Part shown: positions 9,179 to 17,251 of the stretch, piece by piece
Layout of the letters: every line of letters starts with the position of its first letter
Position numbering within the stretch: position 1 is the first letter of the stretch
Origin: Geotalea uraniireducens Rf4
GTDB taxonomy: Bacteria > Desulfobacterota > Desulfuromonadia > Geobacterales > Geobacteraceae
Assembly: GCF_000016745.1 (NCBI RefSeq)
Contig: NC_009483.1
Coordinates: forward strand, 3,120,001-3,152,000
Direction of reading: 5' to 3'
DNA length: 32,000 nucleotides
Made by a program: the position numbers and the translations under genes
Notes under the pieces: model-generated
Seen by the model: only the letters and a program-made list of their open reading frames with translations
Told to the model about the DNA's origin: nothing
Database searches by the model: none

Positions 9179-10841
9179 CTGTTCCTCCTCTTCCAGTTTT
9201 TCCCATAAGCGACCCGATATCGAGAATGAGGGCAACACTGCCGTCCCCGAGCACGGTACCGCCCGATATTCCGGGCAATGGTCCCAGATAATCGTCCATG
9301 GCCTTGATGACGATCTCCTGCTGGCCGATGAGCCGGTCAACGATTATGCCGCCGCGTTTCTCGCCACTGCCGACGATGACCACATACTCCATCTCCTCCG
9401 TCGTTGGCGTATTATTCAGCCCGAAAAATTCATTGAGCCTGACGATGGGGAGAATCCGGTCACGGAGATTTATTATCTCCCCGCTTGCCACCTGGTGAAT
9501 CTCGGCTTTATCGATTTTTATGCTTTCCAGTACCCCGGAAAGGGGTACGGCGAATACTTCCCCTGACACCTCAACCATCAGCGATGCAATGATTGCAAGG
9601 GTAAGCGGCAGCTTGATGGTGAAGGTCGTTCCTGCTCCGTGCATACTGTCTATGTCGATCATGCCGTTAAATGCGGTGACTGCATTTTTTACCACGTCCA
9701 GGCCTATGCCGCGGCCGGACGTCTCCGTCACTTCCCGGCTGGTGGAAAAACCGGGAATGAAGACAAGCTGCAACGCTTCCTGGTCAGTAAGAGCCCGCGC
9801 CTGCTGGTGATCGATCAACCCCTTGGCCACAGCTGAATTTTTCAATTTTTCGATCGAGATTCCGCGGCCATCGTCTTCTACGGAGACGATCATATGATTG
9901 TTTTCATGCCGCGCCCTTAAGGCAACAGTAGCAACAGGCGGCTTGCCGACCATCCTTCGCTCATCCGGGCTCTCGATGCCGTGATCGACAGCGTTCCTGA
10001 TCAGGTGCAGGAGAGGCTCGCCGATCTCATCGACCACGGTTTTGTCCAGCTCCGTCTCCTCCCCTTCGAAAACCAGGTTTATCTCCTTGCCGTGTTTATG
10101 GGAAAGATCGCGCACCAACCTGTTGAAACGCTGGAAAACCACCTTCACCGGCAGCATCCTGACCTTCATGATCGCTTCACGCAGGTCGGCGGCGCTCTTG
10201 CCGATCAGCTGGCTCGACTCGCTGAACGCCTCGATGACGGCCCTGTCTTTGACCGTCTCCTTGAGCTTTGCCTCAAAGGCAAGAAGCGTCGTTCTCTGGA
10301 TTACCAGTTCCCCCACCAGATTCAGCAGGTCATCCAGTTTTTCAAAGTTGACCTTCAACGTATTGGACTTCTGGGTGATGTAGCCGAAATCGTCCTTTTT
10401 CTCCCGGCCGTAGGAAATCCCTCCATTTCTCTCCGCGCCGCCGGAAACGAGGTATTCCAGAAGGGTCAGTTCATCGCTGAAATCGAGAGGTTCGGCGGAG
10501 TTTTTCGCCAGCTTTTCCAGAGATTCCCGCAAGCTATTGATAGCGGAGTAAAAAGATTCGAACAGGTTTGATGTAAGGGAAAGGGAGCCGTCCACCACCT
10601 GCTTGAGGACACTCTCCATCTTGTGGACATACTGCTGCAACGGAGTAAGCCCCATCATGCCGGCATTCCCCTTGAGGGTGTGCAGGTTGCCGAGAAGAAG
10701 TGTGACCCCACCTTCGTCGTGCAGCCCGTCGTTTACCCTCTTTTCCAGCAGCAGAAGCGAACTTTCTGCAGCTTCCAGGTGTTCCGCCGCGTCCTCCAAA
10801 AACTCATCCAGCAATACCGACATATCAATGGTAGTATCCAA
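9165..10841 (-). CDS. cheA: Chemotaxis histidine kinase CheA (P1-P3-P4-P5; no room for a canonical P2)
   Basis: Hpt motif HTLKGNAGMMG, dimerisation and HATPase regions (HLIRNAVDHG, DDGRGI, GRGIGLDVV), C-terminal CheW-like domain. Only ~50 aa separate P1 from P3. Confidence 0.95.
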   Translation of the reverse strand: MDTTIDMSVLLDEFLEDAAEHLEAAESSLLLLEKRVNDGLHDEGGVTLLLGNLHTLKGNAGMMGLTPLQQYVHKMESVLKQVVDGSLSLTSNLFESFYSAINSLRESLEKLAKNSAEPLDFSDELTLLEYLVSGGAERNGGISYGREKKDDFGYITQKSNTLKVNFEKLDDLLNLVGELVIQRTTLLAFEAKLKETVKDRAVIEAFSESSQLIGKSAADLREAIMKVRMLPVKVVFQRFNRLVRDLSHKHGKEINLVFEGEETELDKTVVDEIGEPLLHLIRNAVDHGIESPDERRMVGKPPVATVALRARHENNHMIVSVEDDGRGISIEKLKNSAVAKGLIDHQQARALTDQEALQLVFIPGFSTSREVTETSGRGIGLDVVKNAVTAFNGMIDIDSMHGAGTTFTIKLPLTLAIIASLMVEVSGEVFAVPLSGVLESIKIDKAEIHQVASGEIINLRDRILPIVRLNEFFGLNNTPTTEEMEYVVIVGSGEKRGGIIVDRLIGQQEIVIKAMDDYLGPLPGISGGTVLGDGSVALILDIGSLMGKTGRGGTDGGL

Positions 10842-10853
10842 CGTTCACTCCGT

Positions 10854-11255
10854 TCAGCAGATGTTGAAAACCTGAGCTGCGACCGCGCCAGGCATGATCC
10901 TGTCAATGAGATCGTGAAGATCCGAAGGATTGAAAGGCTTTTTCAGATAGCCCCTTGCCCCCAGCTTCAGACAGCGGATGGTATCTTCTTCCTTCCCCTC
11001 CGTGCTGATGACGACGATCGGTATCCTTTTGGCTATGCCCAGGACCGACGCCTTCTCCAAAAACTGCAACCCGTTCATCACCGGCATGTTGATATCCAGC
11101 AGAATCAACTGAATATCGTTCTGTAACGCCAGAATATCCAAAGCCTCCTGGCCGTTCATCGCATCGAGAATCTCGCACTTGTAGCGGGTCATTACGAGAC
11201 GGTACATTTGATGGATCAACGATGAATCGTCTACAACAAGCATTTTATTCAGCAT
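10854..11255 (-). CDS. cheY: CheY-like single-domain response regulator
   Basis: 133 aa. Receiver residues VVDDSS, LLDINMP, VISTEG, LKKPF. Confidence 0.85.
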   Translation of the reverse strand: MLNKMLVVDDSSLIHQMYRLVMTRYKCEILDAMNGQEALDILALQNDIQLILLDINMPVMNGLQFLEKASVLGIAKRIPIVVISTEGKEEDTIRCLKLGARGYLKKPFNPSDLHDLIDRIMPGAVAAQVFNIC

Positions 11256-11296
11256 ATCAACCTCGTATCCATAGATTTGACCGTGTTTATGAAAAA

Positions 11297-11689
11297 TCAG
11301 ATATTCTTCACGGGTACGCCGATTTCAGCCACCGTCTTCAGCAATTCCGTAATATCGATCGGCTTTTTGAAATAGTGAAATGCGCCGCGCCGGTACGCTT
11401 CAGCTTCTATCTCGTCCGTACCGTAACCGGTCATGATTATCACCTCGGTTTTGTATCGATCCTTGATATAGCTCAGAAGTTCCAGCCCTTCGATTCCGTT
11501 GACTCCCGACATGCGTATATCGGTAATCACCAGGTCAAAACGGGTGTTTTCCAGTGCCACCTCAGCCTGTTCGATCTCGCTGCAGGTTATAACCTCAACC
11601 CCCTCGGTCGTGAGTGCATAGGAGAGGCTCAACAGGATTGACTGTTCATCATCCACGATCAGGATTTTTTTTAACGGCTTGTTGCTCAT
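11297..11689 (-). CDS. Single-domain response regulator receiver protein (first gene of the che operon)
   Basis: 130 aa. IVDDEQ, VITDIRM, IMTGYG, FKKP. Strong SD AAGGAGG lies 4 nt upstream of ATG 11689. Confidence 0.85.
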   Translation of the reverse strand: MSNKPLKKILIVDDEQSILLSLSYALTTEGVEVITCSEIEQAEVALENTRFDLVITDIRMSGVNGIEGLELLSYIKDRYKTEVIIMTGYGTDEIEAEAYRRGAFHYFKKPIDITELLKTVAEIGVPVKNI

Positions 11690-11722
11690 TCAACCTCCTT
11701 CAGAACGTTATTAAAAGTGGTT

Positions 11723-11739
11723 AAGCATGGAGCATGCCA
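11723..11739 (-). promoter_or_regulatory. Candidate sigma54 (-24/-12) promoter of the chemosensory operon
   Basis: The minus strand reads TGGCATgctccaTGCTT. GG and GC are separated by 10 nt as in the consensus TGGCAC-N5-TTGCW. The GC element is ~36 nt upstream of ATG 11689. Confidence 0.55.
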
Positions 11740-11767
11740 CGGCAGAATATTGAACCAAAAACGGCAG

Positions 11768-11904
11768 TTAGCCACGAATGACACGAATAAACACGAATGT
11801 TTTTAACCCATTGTTAAGTCTTGAGTAGTCACCGATCTGGTGAGTTTCTTCTGCATCTCAAGATACTTATATATTCGTGCAAATTCGTGAAAATTCGTGG
11901 CTAA
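11768..11904. repeat. 137-bp nested palindrome whose arms are 3x CACGAAT / 3x ATTCGTG heptad arrays
   Basis: Left arm ttagccacgaat-ga-cacgaat-aaa-cacgaat (heptads at 11773, 11782, 11792). Right arm attcgtg-caa-attcgtg-aaa-attcgtggctaa (heptads at 11873, 11883, 11893). Outer 12 bp ttagccacgaat/attcgtggctaa are a perfect inverted repeat. Inner palindromes are aagtcttgag/ctcaagatactt and gtag-tcacc-gatct-ggtga. Confidence 0.8.
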
Positions 11905-12109
11905 AATGCTTTATAGGTTGAAGTTAAGCGTACGGTGAAGATGACAAGGTGTCTGATTTCAGGACAGCAGAAAAAGCAGAAATGGAGAGGAGTCGGGTAA
12001 GGCAAGCACGCTTTAATTCTGCACTGGAAAACGATTGGAGCGGGAACGGGCCGAAGCGTACGGCAGGGCAAGCGGGTTTATGTACGAAAACAGTACATGT
12101 ACGATTTCA

Positions 12110-13453
12110 CTACACCTGCCTCTTTTTTTTCAGTTTGGCCAGCAGGGTCGAGCGGCTTATTCCCAGAGTCGCCGCGGTTCGGGAATGGTTATTGCCGGTA
12201 ACCTGCAATACATGGGCAATGTATTCGTCTTCGACTTCGCAAAGTGGCCGCAGCCGCTCATTTCCAGCAGAAACAGACGGCGCCGCCTTATTCTGCCTGA
12301 TTTCAAATGGAAGGTGCCCGGGCAGGACCTCCCTGTCGGTAGTCAGAATAAGTGCCCGTTCAATGATGTTTTTCAACTCCCTCACATTTCCGGGCCAGTT
12401 GTAATCAAGCAGATAACCCATTGCCAACGGTGAAATGCCGATTTTCCCTTTGCCCATGTTGTTCCCTATGCGACGGGCAAAGTAGTCAGCCAGGACAACC
12501 ACATCCCTGCCCCTTTCGCGTAACGGAGGAACGGTAATCGGCAGGACATTGATCCGGTAATAAAGGTCTTCGCGGAATGCCCCCCTCTTGACCATGGCAG
12601 CGATATCCCTGTTTGTGGCCGCCATGAACCTGGCATTGCTCCTTATGTCAACAAGCCCCCCCACCCGCCTGAACCTCCCGGCATCGAGGACCTTCAGCAG
12701 TTTTGCCTGGATGGAGAGGGGCATTTCCGCCAGTTCATCGAAGAAGATTGTGCCGGCGCCGGCTATTTCAAACAACCCCCTCTTGGTTTCCCTGGCATCG
12801 GTAAAAGCGCCTTTTTCATGACCGAAGAGTTCAGACTCAAGGAGGTTTTCCGATAGCGAGGCGCAATTGATCTCCACCAGCGGCCCGGAAAAGCCGCTCC
12901 GGTAATGGATGGACCTGGCCACCAGTTCCTTGCCGCTCCCCGATTCGCCCAGTATCAAAACCGGCGTGGAACTGTTTTTCGCCAGCAGCGAGATCAACCG
13001 CTGAATCTTTATTATCTGCGGCGATTCGCCGATGATCGGTTCGTCGTCCGGCGGACCGTTCAGTTGCCTGAAATGTTCGGCCTCATGTTGCAGCTTCAGC
13101 CGCTCTTCCATGCTCGCAAGAATGTCGGCGACCTGATCCAGATCAAGGGGTTTGGGGAAATAATACGCAGCACCGTTCTTCATGGCCTGAACAGCCCTGT
13201 CAAGCTCCACGTAAGCGGTCATCATTATGACGCTGGCGCCGATTTCCGGGGCGGTCAGGGGGTGCAGGAGCGCTTCACCCTCCATATCGGGGAGCCGCTG
13301 GTCCAGAAACACTATGTCAGGCAAGGCCGATTGCGCTACGGCAAGCCCTTCCGCTCCCGTCCCTGCCTGAAAAACCTCATAACCGCGACCGGAAAGAAAA
13401 TGGGTCAAGGCAAGGCGAATGCTGTTTTCGTCATCGATTACCAGCGCCCTCAT
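12110..13453 (-). CDS. Sigma54-dependent response regulator (NtrC family: REC + AAA+ + Fis-type HTH)
   Basis: Receiver VIDDEN...FLDQRLPD. Walker A GESGSGKE, ESELFGHEKGAFTDA, Walker B FFDE. C-terminal HTH SRTAATLGISRSTLLAKL. Its start overlaps the upstream kinase stop by 4 nt. Confidence 0.92.
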   Translation of the reverse strand: MRALVIDDENSIRLALTHFLSGRGYEVFQAGTGAEGLAVAQSALPDIVFLDQRLPDMEGEALLHPLTAPEIGASVIMMTAYVELDRAVQAMKNGAAYYFPKPLDLDQVADILASMEERLKLQHEAEHFRQLNGPPDDEPIIGESPQIIKIQRLISLLAKNSSTPVLILGESGSGKELVARSIHYRSGFSGPLVEINCASLSENLLESELFGHEKGAFTDARETKRGLFEIAGAGTIFFDELAEMPLSIQAKLLKVLDAGRFRRVGGLVDIRSNARFMAATNRDIAAMVKRGAFREDLYYRINVLPITVPPLRERGRDVVVLADYFARRIGNNMGKGKIGISPLAMGYLLDYNWPGNVRELKNIIERALILTTDREVLPGHLPFEIRQNKAAPSVSAGNERLRPLCEVEDEYIAHVLQVTGNNHSRTAATLGISRSTLLAKLKKKRQV

Positions 13454-14793
13454 GCTGCTGCACCTACCGGTAAGGTGAAGGTAAATGTCGCCCCGCCTCC
13501 CGCGTTGTTACTCGCCGTCAAAGCGCCGTCGTGGGCATCGGCTATCTTTCTGCTTATGGAAAGCCCCAGGCCGGTGCCGTGCTTCTTGGTCGTGTAAAAG
13601 ACATCGAATATCTTTTCAATGGCATCATCGGCTATTCCCGGACCGGAATCGGTCACGTGTATGGAAACATCGCCACCCGTTTTCACCAGCCCGACCGCAA
13701 TAGTCCCGCCCGTCGCTGTGGCGTCCACGGCGTTTTTCAGGATGTTCACCATCACCTGCCGGACCCTTTCCGGGTCGGCAACAACCGTCAGTTCGCCATC
13801 GGGCAACCTCTTTTGCAGATTGAGCTTCTTCTCGATGATGAATACCTCGTTAAAACTGAGGGATTCATTGAGTGCCTTGACGAGGTCAAAAGGGGTCTTT
13901 TTCAAAATCATTTCCTTGGAACAATCGAGCAGTTCTTCCACCAGGTGATTCATGCGGCGCGCTTCGGTGAACAGGGAATTCATCAGTTCCTTTTGCGGCG
14001 CGGTCAGCTTCAGCTCCATCGCCAGTATCTGCGCCGCGGCTGTTATGCCGAAAAGCGGATTACGCATCTCGTGGGCAACCCTGGCGACAACCTCCCCCAT
14101 GGTGGCAAGACGCTCCTTCTTTCTCATTTCGTTGCGGAACTTGATGATTTCCGAAATATCGACAAAGGTGATGATATGCCCGGCAAGGGTCCCATCGACC
14201 CGTTTCAGGTCAACCCGTTTGAATCCGACGATCAGATAATTCGAGGAGGAGTTCACGGCCACTTCCGCAGCATCGATGCCGGCACATATGGAGGCGAAGA
14301 TTCCGGGGCAGACCTCCGCGAGTTCTGCGCCGATCAGTTCGGCGCTGTTTCTGCCGAAGAAATGCGACACGTAATCATTTGCCAGATTGATGCGCATGTC
14401 CGGATCGGTGACAATAATCCCGCTTTGAATATGGGTCAGAATCGATTCGATGAAACGATTGCGATCGTGCAACTCCGCGAATGCATCTGCAAGATCCGCC
14501 TCATACCGCTTGCGTTCTTCATTTTGGCGTAAGAAAGGCTTCAAGATCAACAGGTAAAGGGCAGGAGACAGGAACACCAGCAGTATGAGACCGTCCAGCA
14601 CAACCTTGGCAAATATGGAGAGAGACGGGAATGCATAGTGCAATAACACCATGTCAAGACTTTCCACTATGAAAATGGCGAGCATTATCTCGACAAAAAT
14701 CCAGGTGGGCGCAGTTTTCCAGGTAGTCTGCGCATTTTTTCCGATCTGAACGGTTTCTTCCGTCACGTTTCCCCTCACAAATAGCAATAACAT
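13450..14793 (-). CDS. Sensor histidine kinase (2 TM, PAS, HisKA, HATPase_c), NtrB-like partner of the adjacent activator
   Basis: H-box HEMRNPL, N-box NILKNAVDA, G-boxes DSGPGI and GTGLGLSI. The start is uncertain: ATG 14793 has no SD, while GTG 14766 is preceded by GAGGGG. Confidence 0.88.
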   Translation of the reverse strand: MLLLFVRGNVTEETVQIGKNAQTTWKTAPTWIFVEIMLAIFIVESLDMVLLHYAFPSLSIFAKVVLDGLILLVFLSPALYLLILKPFLRQNEERKRYEADLADAFAELHDRNRFIESILTHIQSGIIVTDPDMRINLANDYVSHFFGRNSAELIGAELAEVCPGIFASICAGIDAAEVAVNSSSNYLIVGFKRVDLKRVDGTLAGHIITFVDISEIIKFRNEMRKKERLATMGEVVARVAHEMRNPLFGITAAAQILAMELKLTAPQKELMNSLFTEARRMNHLVEELLDCSKEMILKKTPFDLVKALNESLSFNEVFIIEKKLNLQKRLPDGELTVVADPERVRQVMVNILKNAVDATATGGTIAVGLVKTGGDVSIHVTDSGPGIADDAIEKIFDVFYTTKKHGTGLGLSISRKIADAHDGALTASNNAGGGATFTFTLPVGAAA

Positions 14794-14795
14794 GC

Positions 14796-14925
14796 AAAAA
14801 GTCGGAATCCACCACTAAGGCACTAAGAGCACTAAGGAAGGCAAAAGACTAAAACCATTTTTTTCGGTTTTCTTAGTGTCCTTAGTGTCTTAGTGGTGAA
14901 AAAAGGTTTTTTGCGATTGCATCAA
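14796..14925. repeat. Copy 1 of a ~128-bp dispersed palindromic element with 3x CACTAAG / 3x CTTAGTG heptad arms
   Basis: Heptads at 14813, 14821, 14830 and the inverted ones at 14872, 14881, 14889. The reverse complement aligns by eye at ~88% identity over its full length with 26404..26529. It fills the whole rnr-to-kinase spacer. Confidence 0.85.
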
Positions 14926-14932
14926 AACGGCA

Positions 14933-17224
14933 TTATCTCCGTTTTCGTTCCGATTTGCCCCGTGTCGCCTTCCGCCCTTTGTCATCGCCGCTCGTGCTCC
15001 CCGTCTTCTTGCCACCCTTACCAGCAGTCGGCCACTTCCCTCTGACGGGGATCTTGGGGAACTCCTCGCCTGCATAGCTTTCCGTCTTCAATGCACCGGC
15101 TTCTTTCATCCCTGCAAGGACGAATTCTATCTGCTTCTTTTCCAGGCTGACGGCAGCCACCCTGACCCGCACCCGGTCGCCGATCCTGAAAACCGTCCGG
15201 CTCTGCTCGCCGATCAGGGAGTGCTGTTTCTCCACGTACTGGTAGAAATCCTGTTTCAGCGTCGAGATATGAACCATCCCTTCGATAAACAGCTCCACCA
15301 GCTCGACGAAAAAGCCGAAGGCTGCAACGCCGGTAATGATGCCGTCGAACTCCTCGCCGATCTTGTCCCGCATGTACTGCATCTTCTTCAGTTCGACGAT
15401 TTCCCGCTCAGCCTCCATGGCCACCCGCTCGCGCTTGCTCGTGTGGACAGCGGTCTCCGGCAGCGTCTCGGCGAGTTGTTCCTTCTCTTTCTCGCTGAAT
15501 TTTTTCCCGATGAGCGTCTTCAGTATCCGGTGGACCACCAGGTCGGGATAGCGGCGGATCGGCGAGGTGAAATGGGTGTACGAGGCTGCGGCAAGGCCGA
15601 AGTGGCCGAGGTTTTCCGCAGAATAGCGGGCCTGCTTCATGCAGCGGAGTAGCACCTCGTTGATCATCCGCTCTTCCGGTTTTCCCTCCGCCTGATCGAG
15701 GAGCCGCTGGAACTCACCCGGCTCCACACTCTCCTCCTTGAGGCGCAGCTCATAGCCGAAATTGAAGACAAACTCTCTGAAGTCCTGCAGCTTGGCAAAG
15801 TCCGGAGTCTCATGGACCCGATAGAGGGAAGGTATGTGGCGCTCTTCGATGTGCGAGGCCACAGCCTCGTTGGCGGCGAGCATGCATTCTTCGATGATCT
15901 TGTGGGCCAGGTTGCGCTCGGCGCGGATAATGGCAAGGGTCCCCCCCTGCATGTCGAGCAATATCTCCGGTTCAGGCAGGTCAAAATCGATGCTTCCGCG
16001 CTTTTTCCGCTTGGTCATCAGGCGCAGGGCCAGCTCTTCCATCACCTTGAGATCGGCAACAAGGTCCTCGTACTCTTCACAGAGCTTCTGGTCCTTCTCC
16101 ACCAGGATATTTTTGACGATGGTGTAGGTAAGTCGGGCGGCGCTTTTTATCACGCTCGGATAAAACGAGGCCTGGAGCATCTCGCCGGACGGACCGAAAA
16201 GCATCTCCGCCGTCACCGTCAGCCTGTCTACCGTCGGGTTTAACGAACAGATGCCGTTTGAGAGCTCTTCCGGCAGCATCGGTATGCAGCGGTCGGGGAA
16301 ATAGACCGACGTGCCGCGCAGGTACGCCTCCCGATCGATTGGAGAACCGGGCTTCACGTAGTGGGAAACGTCCGCAATAGAAACCCAGAGCCGGATATTG
16401 CCTTTGCCCTCCCTTTTCACCGAAACCGCATCGTCGAAATCCCTGGCCGTTTCCCCGTCAATGGTGACGGTCGGTCGCCCGCGCAGGTCGGTTCTCCCTT
16501 CGAGGTCGGCAGCGGTCACCGATTGTGATACGGCGCGGGCGCCGGACAGGGCCTCGGCGGGGAAAATATAGGGAAGATCGTACTTCCTGATGATCGTCTG
16601 CACCTCGACTTCCGGCTCATCCGGCCAGCCGAGCACCTCGACGATCCTCCCTTCCAAGCCTTTTCCGGCAACCGGATAGGAAGTTATCTCCGCAACTACC
16701 ACCTGGCCGTTTTGCGCCTTTCCGGAAGCCTTTATCGGAATCAGGATATCCCGGTTTATGCGCACCTCGTCCGGTATCACCCGGCCGAACTCTCGCGCCG
16801 ACTCAAACCGCCCGACAATTTTAGTGAAACCGCGCTCGACGGTTTTTACGATACGGCCCTCCTGCTTGCCGTCCCGTTTTTTGGCTACGATCCGCACCTC
16901 CACCTTGTCGCCATGCATGTTTTCCCGCAGATATCGGGCCGGTATGAAGATGTCTTCCTTGCCGGCTTCCGGGATAACGAAACCGTAGCCGTCGCGGTGG
17001 ACAGTGAGTTTCCCGACGATCCCGGCCGTTTCCGTCGGCAGAACATAGAGCCGCCCTTTCAGCCTGACCAGCACGCCATCTTCGACGAAGCCGTCGATGA
17101 TCTCCTTGAACTGGGGCCTTTGCGCCTTGTTTATGCCGAAAGCCTGCATGAGTTCCCTGAACTCCATGGGAACCCCGGCATGACTGCGCAGTAGTTTTAC
17201 TACCGCATCTTTACCTATCTTCAT
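14933..17224 (-). CDS. rnr: Ribonuclease R (RNB family 3'-5' exoribonuclease with S1 domain and basic C-terminal tail)
   Basis: RNB domain motifs (DGETARDFDDAVSV, HFGL...YTHFTSPIRRYPDL), C-terminal S1 domain and a K/R-rich tail. Start set at ATG 17224 (MKIGKD...), preceded by GAGGGG. The track's extension to 17290 runs into an inverted-repeat element. Confidence 0.93.
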   Translation of the reverse strand: MKIGKDAVVKLLRSHAGVPMEFRELMQAFGINKAQRPQFKEIIDGFVEDGVLVRLKGRLYVLPTETAGIVGKLTVHRDGYGFVIPEAGKEDIFIPARYLRENMHGDKVEVRIVAKKRDGKQEGRIVKTVERGFTKIVGRFESAREFGRVIPDEVRINRDILIPIKASGKAQNGQVVVAEITSYPVAGKGLEGRIVEVLGWPDEPEVEVQTIIRKYDLPYIFPAEALSGARAVSQSVTAADLEGRTDLRGRPTVTIDGETARDFDDAVSVKREGKGNIRLWVSIADVSHYVKPGSPIDREAYLRGTSVYFPDRCIPMLPEELSNGICSLNPTVDRLTVTAEMLFGPSGEMLQASFYPSVIKSAARLTYTIVKNILVEKDQKLCEEYEDLVADLKVMEELALRLMTKRKKRGSIDFDLPEPEILLDMQGGTLAIIRAERNLAHKIIEECMLAANEAVASHIEERHIPSLYRVHETPDFAKLQDFREFVFNFGYELRLKEESVEPGEFQRLLDQAEGKPEERMINEVLLRCMKQARYSAENLGHFGLAAASYTHFTSPIRRYPDLVVHRILKTLIGKKFSEKEKEQLAETLPETAVHTSKRERVAMEAEREIVELKKMQYMRDKIGEEFDGIITGVAAFGFFVELVELFIEGMVHISTLKQDFYQYVEKQHSLIGEQSRTVFRIGDRVRVRVAAVSLEKKQIEFVLAGMKEAGALKTESYAGEEFPKIPVRGKWPTAGKGGKKTGSTSGDDKGRKATRGKSERKRR

Positions 17225-17251
17225 AACACCCCTCATGTCGTACATTATCGC

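Noticed and set aside
11768-11904. Heptad arrays (also 14809-14898, 26344-26377, 26430-26517) considered as a CRISPR array
   Set aside because: The repeat units are 7 bp with 1-4 bp spacers and are arranged as inverted arms. CRISPR repeats are ~24-48 bp with similar-sized unique spacers. There are no cas genes in the window.
12040-12110. cggcagggcaagcgggttt resembling the start of a GEMM-I (c-di-GMP) riboswitch, which is common in Geobacter
   Set aside because: The second conserved half (GGGACGCAAAGCC...) is absent. No downstream gene is in a position to be regulated on either strand, because this is the 3' flank of the activator gene.
14794-14925. Sigma54-like TGG...TTGC strings inside the CACTAAG elements (tggttttagtcttttgc on the minus strand of copy 1; ggtttaatcttttgc in copy 2)
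   Set aside because: GG-to-GC spacing is 12 and 11 nt rather than the required 10, so these are not credible -24/-12 promoters.
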